From Podarcis erhardii (Eukaryota): a stretch of 64,000 bases of DNA. The notes beneath the pieces were generated by a model that saw only the letters and a list, made by a program, of their open reading frames with translations, was not told the DNA's origin and searched no databases. The DNA is taken from assembly GCA_964252035.1 (NCBI GenBank), contig OZ176201.1, one strand, 5' to 3'. Shown here piece after piece: positions 1-35,766 of this stretch. A program made the position numbers and the translations under genes. The first letter of the stretch is position 1. Each line of letters starts with the position of its first letter.

Positions 1-544
1 GAGCTGAGCAAGAACAAGTGGGTGGTCCAAAACAGGGACAGTAGCTTAGGGTGCAGGCATCACACCAGAGAAGAGTCCTTCAGACTGGGGCTAAGGCTTT
101 ATTGGGCCTAGTGGGCAGGGATTGGCCTTTGAGGGTCACCTGACTGAATGCTCAGGTAGACCAGTATTACATGTAGTTGAAGCAGAGTTCGGCCTGCCAA
201 ACATGCAGTTAAAGCAGAGTCCTGGTGCTGCAGAGATTAAGACACCAGTCTGCTGGGAATCCTGGTTTATGCACACACAGTGGGTGCCATGTAACAGGGC
301 TCTGCCTCCAGAGAGCTTGCAGCCTACAAGAGCCAGTATGCTGTGATGGCTATCATGTTGGTATTACACCAGGGATACCTGGATCTTCAAACTGACCTGT
401 ATCAACTTGTGTGCCCTTCCCTTTCTCCTGTGTGGCTAGAGTTTCCATGTGCGTCACATTCTTCAAAGTTTCAATTAGTCCTTGATTCATTCTGAAAACC
501 TTTTAGCCTCTTTATTTCACAGTTGTGTAATGCAGGAACAGATT

Positions 545-660
545 TCTTGCTCAAGCCACTCCACCCACCCATGATGACCTTATGGCTGTTATTATCAGCC
601 TTCCCTACCTCACAGGGTTGTTATGAAGAGAAAATGAAGGCAGGGGACTATGTTTTGTGG
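545..660 (+). mobile_element. MIR-like/core SINE fragment
   Basis: Contains CCCTACCTCACAGGGTTGTTATGAAG, the conserved core motif of MIR/core-SINEs; boundaries approximate. Confidence 0.45.
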
Positions 661-700
661 GTGAGAAGTTCTCTAGTGGTTTAGTGGTCTTAGCTTCGCC

Positions 701-740
701 CCTTCCTTCCTTCCTTCCTTCCTTCCTTCCTTCCTTCCTT
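701..740. repeat. (CCTT)10 microsatellite
   Basis: Ten consecutive CCTT units read directly. Confidence 0.95.
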
Positions 741-849
741 CCCCCCTCTCGCACATTTTTCCACAGTGAGTTACAGAAGACAGAATAAGAAGTGTGAGTG
801 AGGGAGTTTGTCACAACTGGTAGCGATCCCTTTGCAAGCAAATGAATCC

Positions 850-1063
850 CGAGCAACGAGTTTTGCTTCCCTCCTCCTTCCTCCAGTCCTTTCGTCCTGC
901 CTGGAGCTGCCATGGAAACGGAATAAAGCCTCTTGCACTGAGTACAGTGTGGTGTGCAGGCTTAATGCACAAGCAAAGGAGAGGGTCTGGGAGAGGAAGA
1001 TCCTTGCAGACAGGAGAGAAAAGAGCAGAGGTTGTGCATGAAGAGTTCTAGAACCGCCTGCAG
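850..1063 (+). other. Putative non-coding first exon of the LRRC8D-like gene
   Basis: Ends in a strong donor CAG|GTGAGG at 1064 and contains an X-box-like GCTGCCATGGAAAC (906-919). The 5' boundary is a guess. Confidence 0.25.
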
Positions 1064-1489
1064 GTGAGGAATTGATGCCAAATGGGATAAGGAAGTCAGA
1101 GAGGGAGAGAAGGTTGGCATGTAACCCACGACCAGTGTTATAACCACAGCCAAAAAAATGTTTGTGTCTGTGCATGCTAAAACCACCCTTCTAAATGATA
1201 TTTAAGGACAGCCTGCTGCAGATCTAGCAACAGTGAAGTGGTTCTGTTTCAAGGCTAAGTGTCTGGGAGTGCATGTGTTTTGTTGGTGGATGTTTTAGAG
1301 TGCCCCCAAACTGTTTATATTTTGTGGGAGGAATACAAACACATCCTGGAACTTTAGGTTTGCACAATTAAAGTGGATTGCAACCCTCTGTCATCCTAGT
1401 GTCACAAATCCATTTTAAATAAACAACAATGGACTTTTTGCAGTTTGCAAAGTGATGGGGAAATGCATTCAAAAGTGTAGGATGAGTGA

Positions 1490-1570
1490 ATTATTATTAT
1501 TATTATTATTATTATTAATTTATTTATTTTGTACAACACCCTATACTTGCACGTCTAAGGGTGGTTCAAT
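1490..1570 (-). mobile_element. (ATT)n microsatellite plus L2-type LINE 3' tail
   Basis: ATT repeat followed by TTTATTTATTTTGTACAACACCC...TAAGGGTGGTTCA, the typical inverted LINE tail seen repeatedly in this window. Confidence 0.45.
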
Positions 1571-3157
1571 GACACGTAAACACCCTGCACGCAAATAAGG
1601 GTGAATGTAAGATAAATACTCTTTTTCGTATAACTACCCCATAAACAAATCAGAACAAATGCTCAATGAAGATCAGACATTGTCCAACTATTGTGTAAGC
1701 TTTGTGCAAGCATATCAGGATGAATGTTGAATAAACTGGTTCTCTGGAGGAGCCCCGAATATTGTGGACAAACAACAACATTTTCAGCAGCAACAGCCAA
1801 AAGGAATTGGAATCTAAAGCAACAGCTTCTTTCAGAGACACCAGGATTAGATCCTCTCACAAACAACTTTTAGCACAAATGTGCAAATCACTTATTGGTA
1901 TCTCTGCTTTTCAACTTCAAGTAACAATAATTCTTCCATCTACTCAGAGTAGGATATCATTAAGCCTAGGCAATTTCCCACTTGCCTGATCCACTGTAGG
2001 ACGTGGAAGGCAAAGAAGGGGAAATGGAAAGTTGCCTAAACGCCACAGAGTAAACCACCCTCTGTATGGCCTTAAGGCATTTTTCCATCTTTCCGCTTTC
2101 CACAAAGCGAAGTCTGGTTACCGGATCTAAGGAGAAAACTGTGAGTAAGGAAGTGTTGTTGCTATTCATGACTTGGAGATAGGTCTTGCTAGGTGAGCAT
2201 CTCGATAAATGGCTATATGAATTATATTCTTAGAATTTTTTTTTAAAAAAACCGTATTGAATATTTTTCAAGCCACTCCATCTCATTGCAATTATTCTTA
2301 TTCTGTCAATTAGGTATATATATCCTGCTTTCTGCGCCAAAAGCATAATCAAGACAGCATGCAGGATAAAATAATAACAAAAACAAACTAAAATGCAATG
2401 TTAAAAACAATAACAAGGAAGCCACAATAGCAGTAAAAAAGCAGGGTTATTTTTTAAAAAGTAAGAGTCCATAGGTCAGGGGTGGGAAACCTGTGGCTCT
2501 CCAGATGTTGCAGACTCCTCAGTGGCAAAGGTTGATAGGAGCTTGAGGACGCAGCTACATTAGTAAGGAAAAGGTGTTTTATATGCATTATAACACTGTG
2601 ACACCAGATAGCACTGTGGAATTCCGTCTTTAGCCAACATGCTTTCCCGCTATGTTGTTTTACAACGCGTTTTCCTGAAACACTTTTTTAATGTGTCTAG
2701 ATCCAGCCTAAGACCAGTGACAACCGGAGGGCAACAAGCCCCTCCCTGCCCTAGATAATTATTTTTTCACATTTGGAATGGCAGTTCCAACTCAGCATCC
2801 ACAGATGCCCTGCTGCCCACATTGGTGTCCCTGGGCAGGGGAGGACAGATTATGAGTTTTCATCTTTTTCTTTTTTTAAAAAGTAAGGCTCTAGCCTTCC
2901 AGGAAAGTTATGAAGCAAAACATACAGGTACGCTTCTAAGTGATTTCTGCAAGATGGGGGCTGCTGCCTGTCAATGCTTTTAACCAACGAGTGAAGCTGT
3001 GATTGATAAATGTGTTGCTTAGACACCAGGCATTAGGAATCCCTGGGATCCTAAAGAGCTAATGTTTTCCCCTGTCCTTTAGCACACTTTTCCTGTTTCT
3101 GTCTGTCTTATTTCTAGTCTTTGGATTCTCTTTAGTTTGCCCTTCTTTTCCCCGTAG

Positions 3158-3213
3158 CAGCCAGGATGCATCTTCCCTAAGGTCTCTTAGTGTTTACTAA
3201 GGCTACCACCCAG
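3158..3213 (+). other. Putative non-coding 5' UTR exon of the LRRC8D-like gene
   Basis: Pyrimidine tract plus tandem acceptor TAG|CAG (3155-3160) and a consensus donor CAG|GTAAGT at 3214. Confidence 0.35.
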
Positions 3214-3439
3214 GTAAGTGGGTGCAGGATGGCAGCCTAGACTTTGGTTTATGGTTGACACTCAGGAAACAGGAGGTTCTTGTGTCTTTGGCAGCTGTAT
3301 GGCAGGCAGAAACTCAACAGGTTAAGGCAAGCCATTCCTAGTATGGAAAGCCTTGCCATAACTGTACTGTCTCTAAGTTTTGGTTATGCCTGACCACTTT
3401 GTTCATCAATGACAGTGCTATCAATAGTGCCACACAATG

Positions 3440-3680
3440 CCCGCTGTACAACTACCAGGAGAGGAGCATTCAGTGTGGCAGCATCAAAATGATGGAACTC
3501 CCTCCCAATGTGCATTATGCAAGTGCCTTCTGTTTTATAATTTCAAACACATTTCTGTTTAACTAAGCCTTCCTTGAAGTGTGACCAGTTCTGTATTTTA
3601 GTCATTTATCGCTGAACAGTTTTAATGTTTAACTTTTTATATTGTTCCGTGTAACTTTGTATTGCTCACAGTTTAGGTAT
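3440..3680 (+). mobile_element. Old L2-like LINE 3' fragment
   Basis: GAGGAGCATTCAGTGTGGCAGC...TGGAACTCCCTCCC...TTTTAATGTTTAACTTTT resembles squamate L2 3' ends; boundaries approximate. Confidence 0.45.
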
Positions 3681-3802
3681 ATAGAGAGAGAGAGAAAAAG
3701 AGAGAGAGAGAGCACTAGCTAAATGTGCTAAACAAGCAGACTTTGTTTCAGTGCAATAGCCAAGGATGTTACTCAATTCCCACTTACCATTTGCTTCTAG
3801 TG

Positions 3803-4969
3803 ATGTTTAACCTGACAGAAGTGACCTTCCTCGGTGATGCCCACACTCGGTTCCAGACTCTAAAGCCTTGGTGGGATGTCCTGATGGACTACTTGGTAGT
3901 AGCGATGCTGATGGTCTCTCTCCTCTCAGGTACTCTGCTGATTTCTATTGACCATATGACCTGCTTGCCTCTGAATTACAAGCTAAATGAGACCACAGCA
4001 GCTATGCTCAAGCCTGGAGCTATGGACAGTGCCACCACCAGGGAAGAGTTTTCTACTGAGAACAGTGGACGCCCAATCAACCTTGACTACCAGCAGTACC
4101 TGTACATAAACCATGTCTGCTATCAGAATGCTTTGCCTTGGTTCTCCAAGTATTTTCCTTACCTAGCACTTGTCAACTCACTGATTTTAATGGCAAGCAG
4201 CAACTTCTGGTTCAGGTACCCTAAGACGTCCTCAAAGATCGAACACTTCTTATCCATCCTCATGAAATGCTTCGAGTCACCTTGGACCATCAAGGCCGTC
4301 TCTGAAATGGTCTGCCAGAATTCCCTAGACCTACCCAAAACCACGGATACTAGAGGGTGTCAAGAACAATTTATTTCCCCTTCATCCTCTCCTATCCTTG
4401 ACTGGAAGGAGAGGGAGCAGGGCCGGGCACTCTTTGAGAAGATCTGCAGATTCAGGGCACATGTTGAAGGTGCCAGCTTGATTTATATGGTCTACATGGG
4501 ACAAACAATCTTCAAAGTTGCCAAGATCCTAACTGTGCTGGGCTACACCTCCAACTGCATAGGAGCCATCTCCTTTGAACATGTTTGCTGGCTGGACACA
4601 GAGAACCTCACCGGCTACTCTGTTTTCCTCTGTAATCACAGCTTGGCTTTCATTCTGCAGAAGTTGATGGTGACCTACCTGTTCTTGGTATTCCTCTATG
4701 GGGTGGTGGGGGCTTACCCACTGGTGTGGCTGCTGCGGCAGCCGCTGCAGAAGTATTCCTTTAAGCAAATGCGAGAAGACAGTCACTTTCTTGGCATCCC
4801 AGATGTCTACAACGACTTTGCTTTCCTCCTGCACATGGCTGATCAGTGCGACCAACTATACTCCTGGCGGTTTGCCATCTTCCTCTCAGCCATGAGCAAG
4901 AGCTCTTTGCTGGATGTGGGCCTTGAACACAAGGCAAGTACTGAAGGGCTGCAGCTGCATGTGCATTGA
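3803..4969 (+). CDS. LRRC8-family volume-regulated anion channel subunit, LRRC8D-like paralogue; pannexin-like TM domain only, LRR domain lost (388 aa)
   Basis: Acceptor TTGCTTCTAG at 3800, ATG at 3803. MFNLTEV..LKPWWDVLMDYL, CYQNALPWFSKYFPYLAL, KCFESPW, AISFEHVC, DFAFLLHM and DQLYS.RF match LRRC8 motifs. The MF.L.EV start, CFESPW, AISFEHVC and DQ.DQLYS are D-type rather than A/C/E-type. The stop at 4967-4969 falls just before the LRRs. Confidence 0.9.
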   Translation: MFNLTEVTFLGDAHTRFQTLKPWWDVLMDYLVVAMLMVSLLSGTLLISIDHMTCLPLNYKLNETTAAMLKPGAMDSATTREEFSTENSGRPINLDYQQYLYINHVCYQNALPWFSKYFPYLALVNSLILMASSNFWFRYPKTSSKIEHFLSILMKCFESPWTIKAVSEMVCQNSLDLPKTTDTRGCQEQFISPSSSPILDWKEREQGRALFEKICRFRAHVEGASLIYMVYMGQTIFKVAKILTVLGYTSNCIGAISFEHVCWLDTENLTGYSVFLCNHSLAFILQKLMVTYLFLVFLYGVVGAYPLVWLLRQPLQKYSFKQMREDSHFLGIPDVYNDFAFLLHMADQCDQLYSWRFAIFLSAMSKSSLLDVGLEHKASTEGLQLHVH

Positions 4970-5245
4970 TACTCAAGGGCATCAGAGAACTAAGGCTTCA
5001 CAAGCTGCCAGGCTATCTAGGGCCCTCTTCTGTGAAATGGAAGTCCTGAAGCTTGCAAACAGTCCCAGCCAGAAAAATAGGTATACTAACCTTTCTCAAT
5101 CCGCATTGGTCAAGATGGGCCCCGCTGACCTAAGAAGGCCCACAGTATTCCACATCACATTTCCTGACATTACAACCTGGGGTTGTCTCTCTCAGGGGTC
5201 TCCACCAGTATCTCTCTAGCAACTTTGGCAAGATGAAAGATGCAC
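4958..5245 (+). pseudogene. Frameshifted remnant of the LRRC8D-like LRR-coding region
   Basis: Alternating frames give CIDTQGHQ / ELRLHKLPG / ALFCEMEVLKL / YTNL / FHITFPDITTW / VVSLRGLHQYLSSN, colinear with LRRC8D ISRNAQDKQ-ELHLFMLSG-AVFDLTDLDVLKL-MTNL-LHVKFTDVAEIPAW-VYLLKNLRELYLIGN as recalled. Confidence 0.75.
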
Positions 5246-5314
5246 TGTTCAGACCTGTCCTTGTTGGGCTGGGATTATGAATATGGATTTCATATGGATA
5301 TGAATATAGAAGAA

Positions 5315-5497
5315 GGGGTACAGCTCAATAGTTAAGCATGGGCTTTGTATGCAAAAGATCCTGGGTTCAATTGTTGGCATCTCCAGTTAGGGCTAGGAAA
5401 GGCTCCTGTCTGAAACCATGGAGAACTGCAGCCGGTCAGTAATACTGACCTAGACAGATCAATAGTCTGATCCAGTTTAAGGAGCCTCTGATATTCT
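5315..5497 (+). mobile_element. tRNA-derived squamate SINE (Squam2-like)
   Basis: tRNA-like head (AGCTCAATAGTTAAGCATG...CCTGGGTTCAA) followed by GGCATCTCCAGTTAGGGCT...GAGAACTGCAGCCGGTCAG; related copies at ~55385-55510 (+) and ~58373-58530 (-). Confidence 0.7.
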
Positions 5498-5591
5498 GAT
5501 TAACTGAGGGCTGAAGATAAGGCAAATTCACAACTGGATCCTTTAACTTTCGTTTCTGTTTTAATGCAGTAGTTTTTATTAGCTGCTCTGC

Positions 5592-5597
5592 AATAAA
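5592..5597 (+). terminator. Candidate polyadenylation signal of the LRRC8D-like transcript
   Basis: AATAAA about 620 nt after the stop, followed by a U/GU-rich stretch. Confidence 0.35.
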
Positions 5598-6149
5598 AAC
5601 AACAGGTACCTGCATTGCCTGTGAACTTTCCTCCCTGGGGTTAATAACAGCGCTCTCTCTCTCTCTCTCTTTCTCTGTGTTTTTTTTTGGGGGGGGGGAG
5701 GGATCAAGGAATTGGCACCAATAATTGGAAAACTTCAATAGAAACCAAAGCCTCTTCTGTATTCCTGCTTAAAACAACAACAACAAATAATACACTGACC
5801 TGGGAATAAGTGCAACAGGGACATACTTTTGAGTAAATATGCATAGGATTGCTGTAGCATTTATTACATCTGCTCTAGCCCTGGGATATTAACAGAGAAG
5901 CAGATTTGAGCTGGCATGATTTCCCTGAGCTATGCTGAAAGTAAACATATGAGCACATACAAATTAATGTATAAAACTGGAACATTGTCTCCAAATGATC
6001 TTTTCAATGTTTGTTTGTTTGTAAAAAAAGAATCGCAGGACTCTAAGTTTCAATTTAAGAGTATAAGGAGTTGTAGGTAGTGAAGTGATCCACTTTCTGA
6101 AACCAAAGGAGAATATTAGTCATATGATGGCACAATGGGCCATCAGTGT

Positions 6150-6264
6150 GCCTGGCTGTTAACCAGAAGGTTGGGACGGCTGCGGGCAGGATTCCTGCAT
6201 TGTGGGAGGTTGGACTAGATGACCCTTGGGGTCCCTTCCAACCGTATAATTCTATTATTCTATT
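6150..6264 (+). mobile_element. Squam3-like SINE (CR1-type tail)
   Basis: GATTCCTGCATTGTGGGAGGTTGGACTAGATGACCCTTGGGGTCCCTTCCAACC...TTCTATTATTCTAT tail. Confidence 0.75.
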
Positions 6265-7647
6265 TCCAAGCCGCTCATATGTTAATGAAGCAAGTGTGGG
6301 TTCAACAAGCCCTTCTGCCAAAACAAAGAAGATATGTCCTCCTGCACCTCCCTTTCCTGCCTGTCTTAGAGGAATGACACTTTAAGGATATATGAAAAAT
6401 GTGTCAATGAGGCACTGACATAAGAAAAGAGGTGTTTCTTACAGCAAGAATCAAAAATCACCATAACCTATATAAAAAAGGAGAGGCCTTGTAGCCCTGC
6501 AGTCAGAAACAATGATTTACAGTACAATCCTATACATGCCTATCCAGAAGTTCTATTGTGGTTAATGGAGCTTCCTAAAGTAAGTGGATATAGGATTGTA
6601 GTCTTCTTAACTGGGAAGCAGATTGACAAAGGGTTAGTCCACACTTTCACTTATGTCATGCATAGAAAGCATGGGTCCAAGTAGTTTCCTGCAGATTTCT
6701 GCATGACCCACACTTTCAAGGCATGGGTCCAAGCAGTCCTTTCCAATTGAAAATCTGCTCTTTAGCAGCAGGATGAGAGGAAGTGTGGATAAGCTGGGAG
6801 AGCGAGCTCACAAAGTAACCTTAGTAGTCTCTAGTTAAATGAGACAGCTCTGTGGTGTCCCCAGTTCCAAAAACAATTCAGGACAATGTCCCTTATTTTA
6901 AACACAAACAAAGAAGAATGCCAAAAACAGAAAGGAGCAACATAGTGGAACTCAGAAGACAAAAAGTACTGTACTCCCATAGAAATGAAATGGCCTGTTA
7001 TGGTTTGCATTTTGCTGGAAGAAACCTATATTATCAGAATGTTCTGGCTGAAGGCAAAGCATCCTTAACTATAGCTAAAGTCACACAGGTGATGTTATCT
7101 GAATTAGAGGTGACGGACCATGGCAGGAAAGTCAAAGGAAAACCAGTACGTAAAACTAATTAACGCATCTTGCCCCCCCACCCGCCAGCATTGCACCTTC
7201 CACAGAAAAATTCTAAGAGTCTGTAAGGATTTGACATTTCCTTCTGATACAATCTGTATATGTATTTTTATGTAGGTAAGAATCAAGTTGGTAAGGTGTG
7301 GGGAACCCATGGTCCTTCTCCACACATTTCTAGACTACATGTCCTATCATCCTTGATCCTTAGTAATGTCAGCTGATGGTGACGGGAGTTGGAATCCATC
7401 ATCTGGAGGGTCCGAGGTTCCCCACCCCTGAAGCAGAAGGCATATATTTAAAATTAAAGATGTGTGTGTCTTAGGATGGAGGAGTGTGTGCATGTATATA
7501 CATGCAGTTTTCTTCTTAAACCCTAACTTGATCACCATCTAAGAGAATGCAATAATGGCTTGCTTTGCTCTGTACTTTGGTAGCTGCTATCTCATAACAT
7601 GCTTTCCCATGTACTTCTTCATGCAGTGCATAGTTAAACTATGAAAC

Positions 7648-7912
7648 AGGAGGCAGTGATGGACAAAATGTTGGACAGCTTTTGAAGAGGATTAGACAGA
7701 TTCATGGAGGATGCTGTCAGTGGCTACTAGCCATGATGGCTACTAGCTGTGCCTCCACTGCTGGAGACAAAATACTTCAGAATACCAGCTGCTGGAAACC
7801 ACAGGCAAGGAGAGTGCCCTTGTCCTCCTTGTGAGTTTCCAACAGGCGTCTGGGTGGCCACTGTGAGAACAGAATGTTGGATTAGATGGGCCAGAAGGCT
7901 CTTCTTATGTCT
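7648..7912 (+). mobile_element. CR1 LINE 3' end fragment
   Basis: GAGGATTAGACAGATTCATGGAGGAT...GGCTACTAGCCATGATGG...ACTGTGAGAACAGAATGTTGGATTAGATGGGCC...TTCTTATGT, typical of a CR1 3' UTR. Confidence 0.75.
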
Positions 7913-8464
7913 GCACCAGACCCTTAAAAGTCAGCAGTTCACACTTTAGTTGGGAAACAGATCCGCAGCAACTCTAAGGAATATAAACCCAGCTCCTTCG
8001 ACTCCCAGACCTGTACTCTGTTACACTGGATGTCCCTGCAAACATTCTATTATGGGTACTCCACAATACCAAGAAATAGACAACCTTATAAAAAACTTAG
8101 CAAACTGTGATTCCCAGGGGCCTTTCATGAGGTTGTAGCTGGTTCCATTGGTTCCGTATCTGCGCTTCCTAGTTTCATATTTGATTCAACAGGTCGGACC
8201 TAGCAGAAGCTAGTGCGACAGCTCCCACTAGTGCAATGCCCTGCAGTGCAATGCATCCTGCTCCGGAGTGTGGGGAGAACCCCCAGAATAGTGCAGGCGG
8301 GGGGTTGGGGAGAGAAAGACGGGAGAAAAGGCGGCATATAAATGCAACAAGTACACAAATTATAAAGAAGCACAAAGGAAACCCAAGCGCAGGCAGGAAA
8401 AAATGCTCTTCCATATTTGGAGCAGTTCAGCTCCGGCTGGTCTTCAAGTGTGAGAGGTACGTGC

Positions 8465-8611
8465 CATAGAATCACAGAACTGTAGAGTTCGATCCAGAGG
8501 GTCATCTTCTACTCCAACCCCTGCAGTAATACTGTATTTTGCTCCCCGCGGAACTTGCACCCAGGACCCTGAGATTAAGAGCCTCAGGTTCTATTGACTG
8601 AGCAACCGGGC
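8465..8611 (-). mobile_element. Squam3-like SINE with tRNA-Lys(CTT)-derived head
   Basis: Reverse complement begins GCCCGGTTGCTCAGTCAATAGAACCTGAGGCTCTTAATCTCAGGGTCCTGGG (tRNA-Lys-like) and ends in the CR1-type tail ...CTCTACAGTTCTGTGATTCTATG. Confidence 0.75.
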
Positions 8612-8969
8612 AGCATCTTCTAACAGCCCTCCGACCCGTCATGACTCCCAGACATGCTCCCTAGTCCCCATCAAAGCTGAGTGGAGATGCACGAATATTG
8701 GCGAGGAGAACGTCCAAAATATCATTGGCGGCGCTGATACTGAGCTCGGGCAGCGTTTTGGTGCCCTCGCGCATGCGCGAGCGGGGAAAAGCCGCGAGGC
8801 AAAACAAGCACAGCGGGCAAAAGTGAAGCCGTGCCTTTGCGGTGGGCGGAGGAGGAGGATGATAATATGGTGGCCTGGTTGGTCCTTTCGGCGCGTGCGC
8901 ACTGCGGTGTTTGTGTATTCTGGCTGCGCGGTGGCGGCAGCGTCGGCGGCTCCGGGGGAGGGGGGGAAG

Positions 8970-35766
<26,797 letters not shown>

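Noticed and set aside
1-296. Possible minus-strand solo LTR end (TTTATT at ~98, TGTAACA at 290-296)
   Set aside because: The other terminus and TSD would lie outside the window, so it cannot be supported.
3725-3802. N-terminal extension of the LRRC8 ORF shown in the ORF track
   Set aside because: Lies upstream of a good splice acceptor at 3800; family homology starts at Met 3803.
3803-4969. Calling this gene LRRC8E on synteny alone
   Set aside because: Diagnostic residues are LRRC8D-type (MF.L.EV, CFESPW, AISFEHVC), not E-type (MIPVAEF, CFDSPW).
6852-7163. 103-aa ORF downstream of the LRRC8-like gene
   Set aside because: GTG start, no LRR or other recognisable motif, no convincing splice sites.
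8540-8611. tRNA-Lys(CTT) gene on the minus strand
   Set aside because: Degenerate D and T arms, and directly fused to a CR1-type SINE tail; it is a SINE head.
8823-8969. In-frame upstream ATG (8859) and overlapping uORF ATG (8867) for MAP2K7
   Set aside because: Similarity to the mammalian 5' UTR begins at ~8904 (GCGGTGTTTGT), so these ATGs probably lie upstream of the TSS; needs CAGE to revisit.
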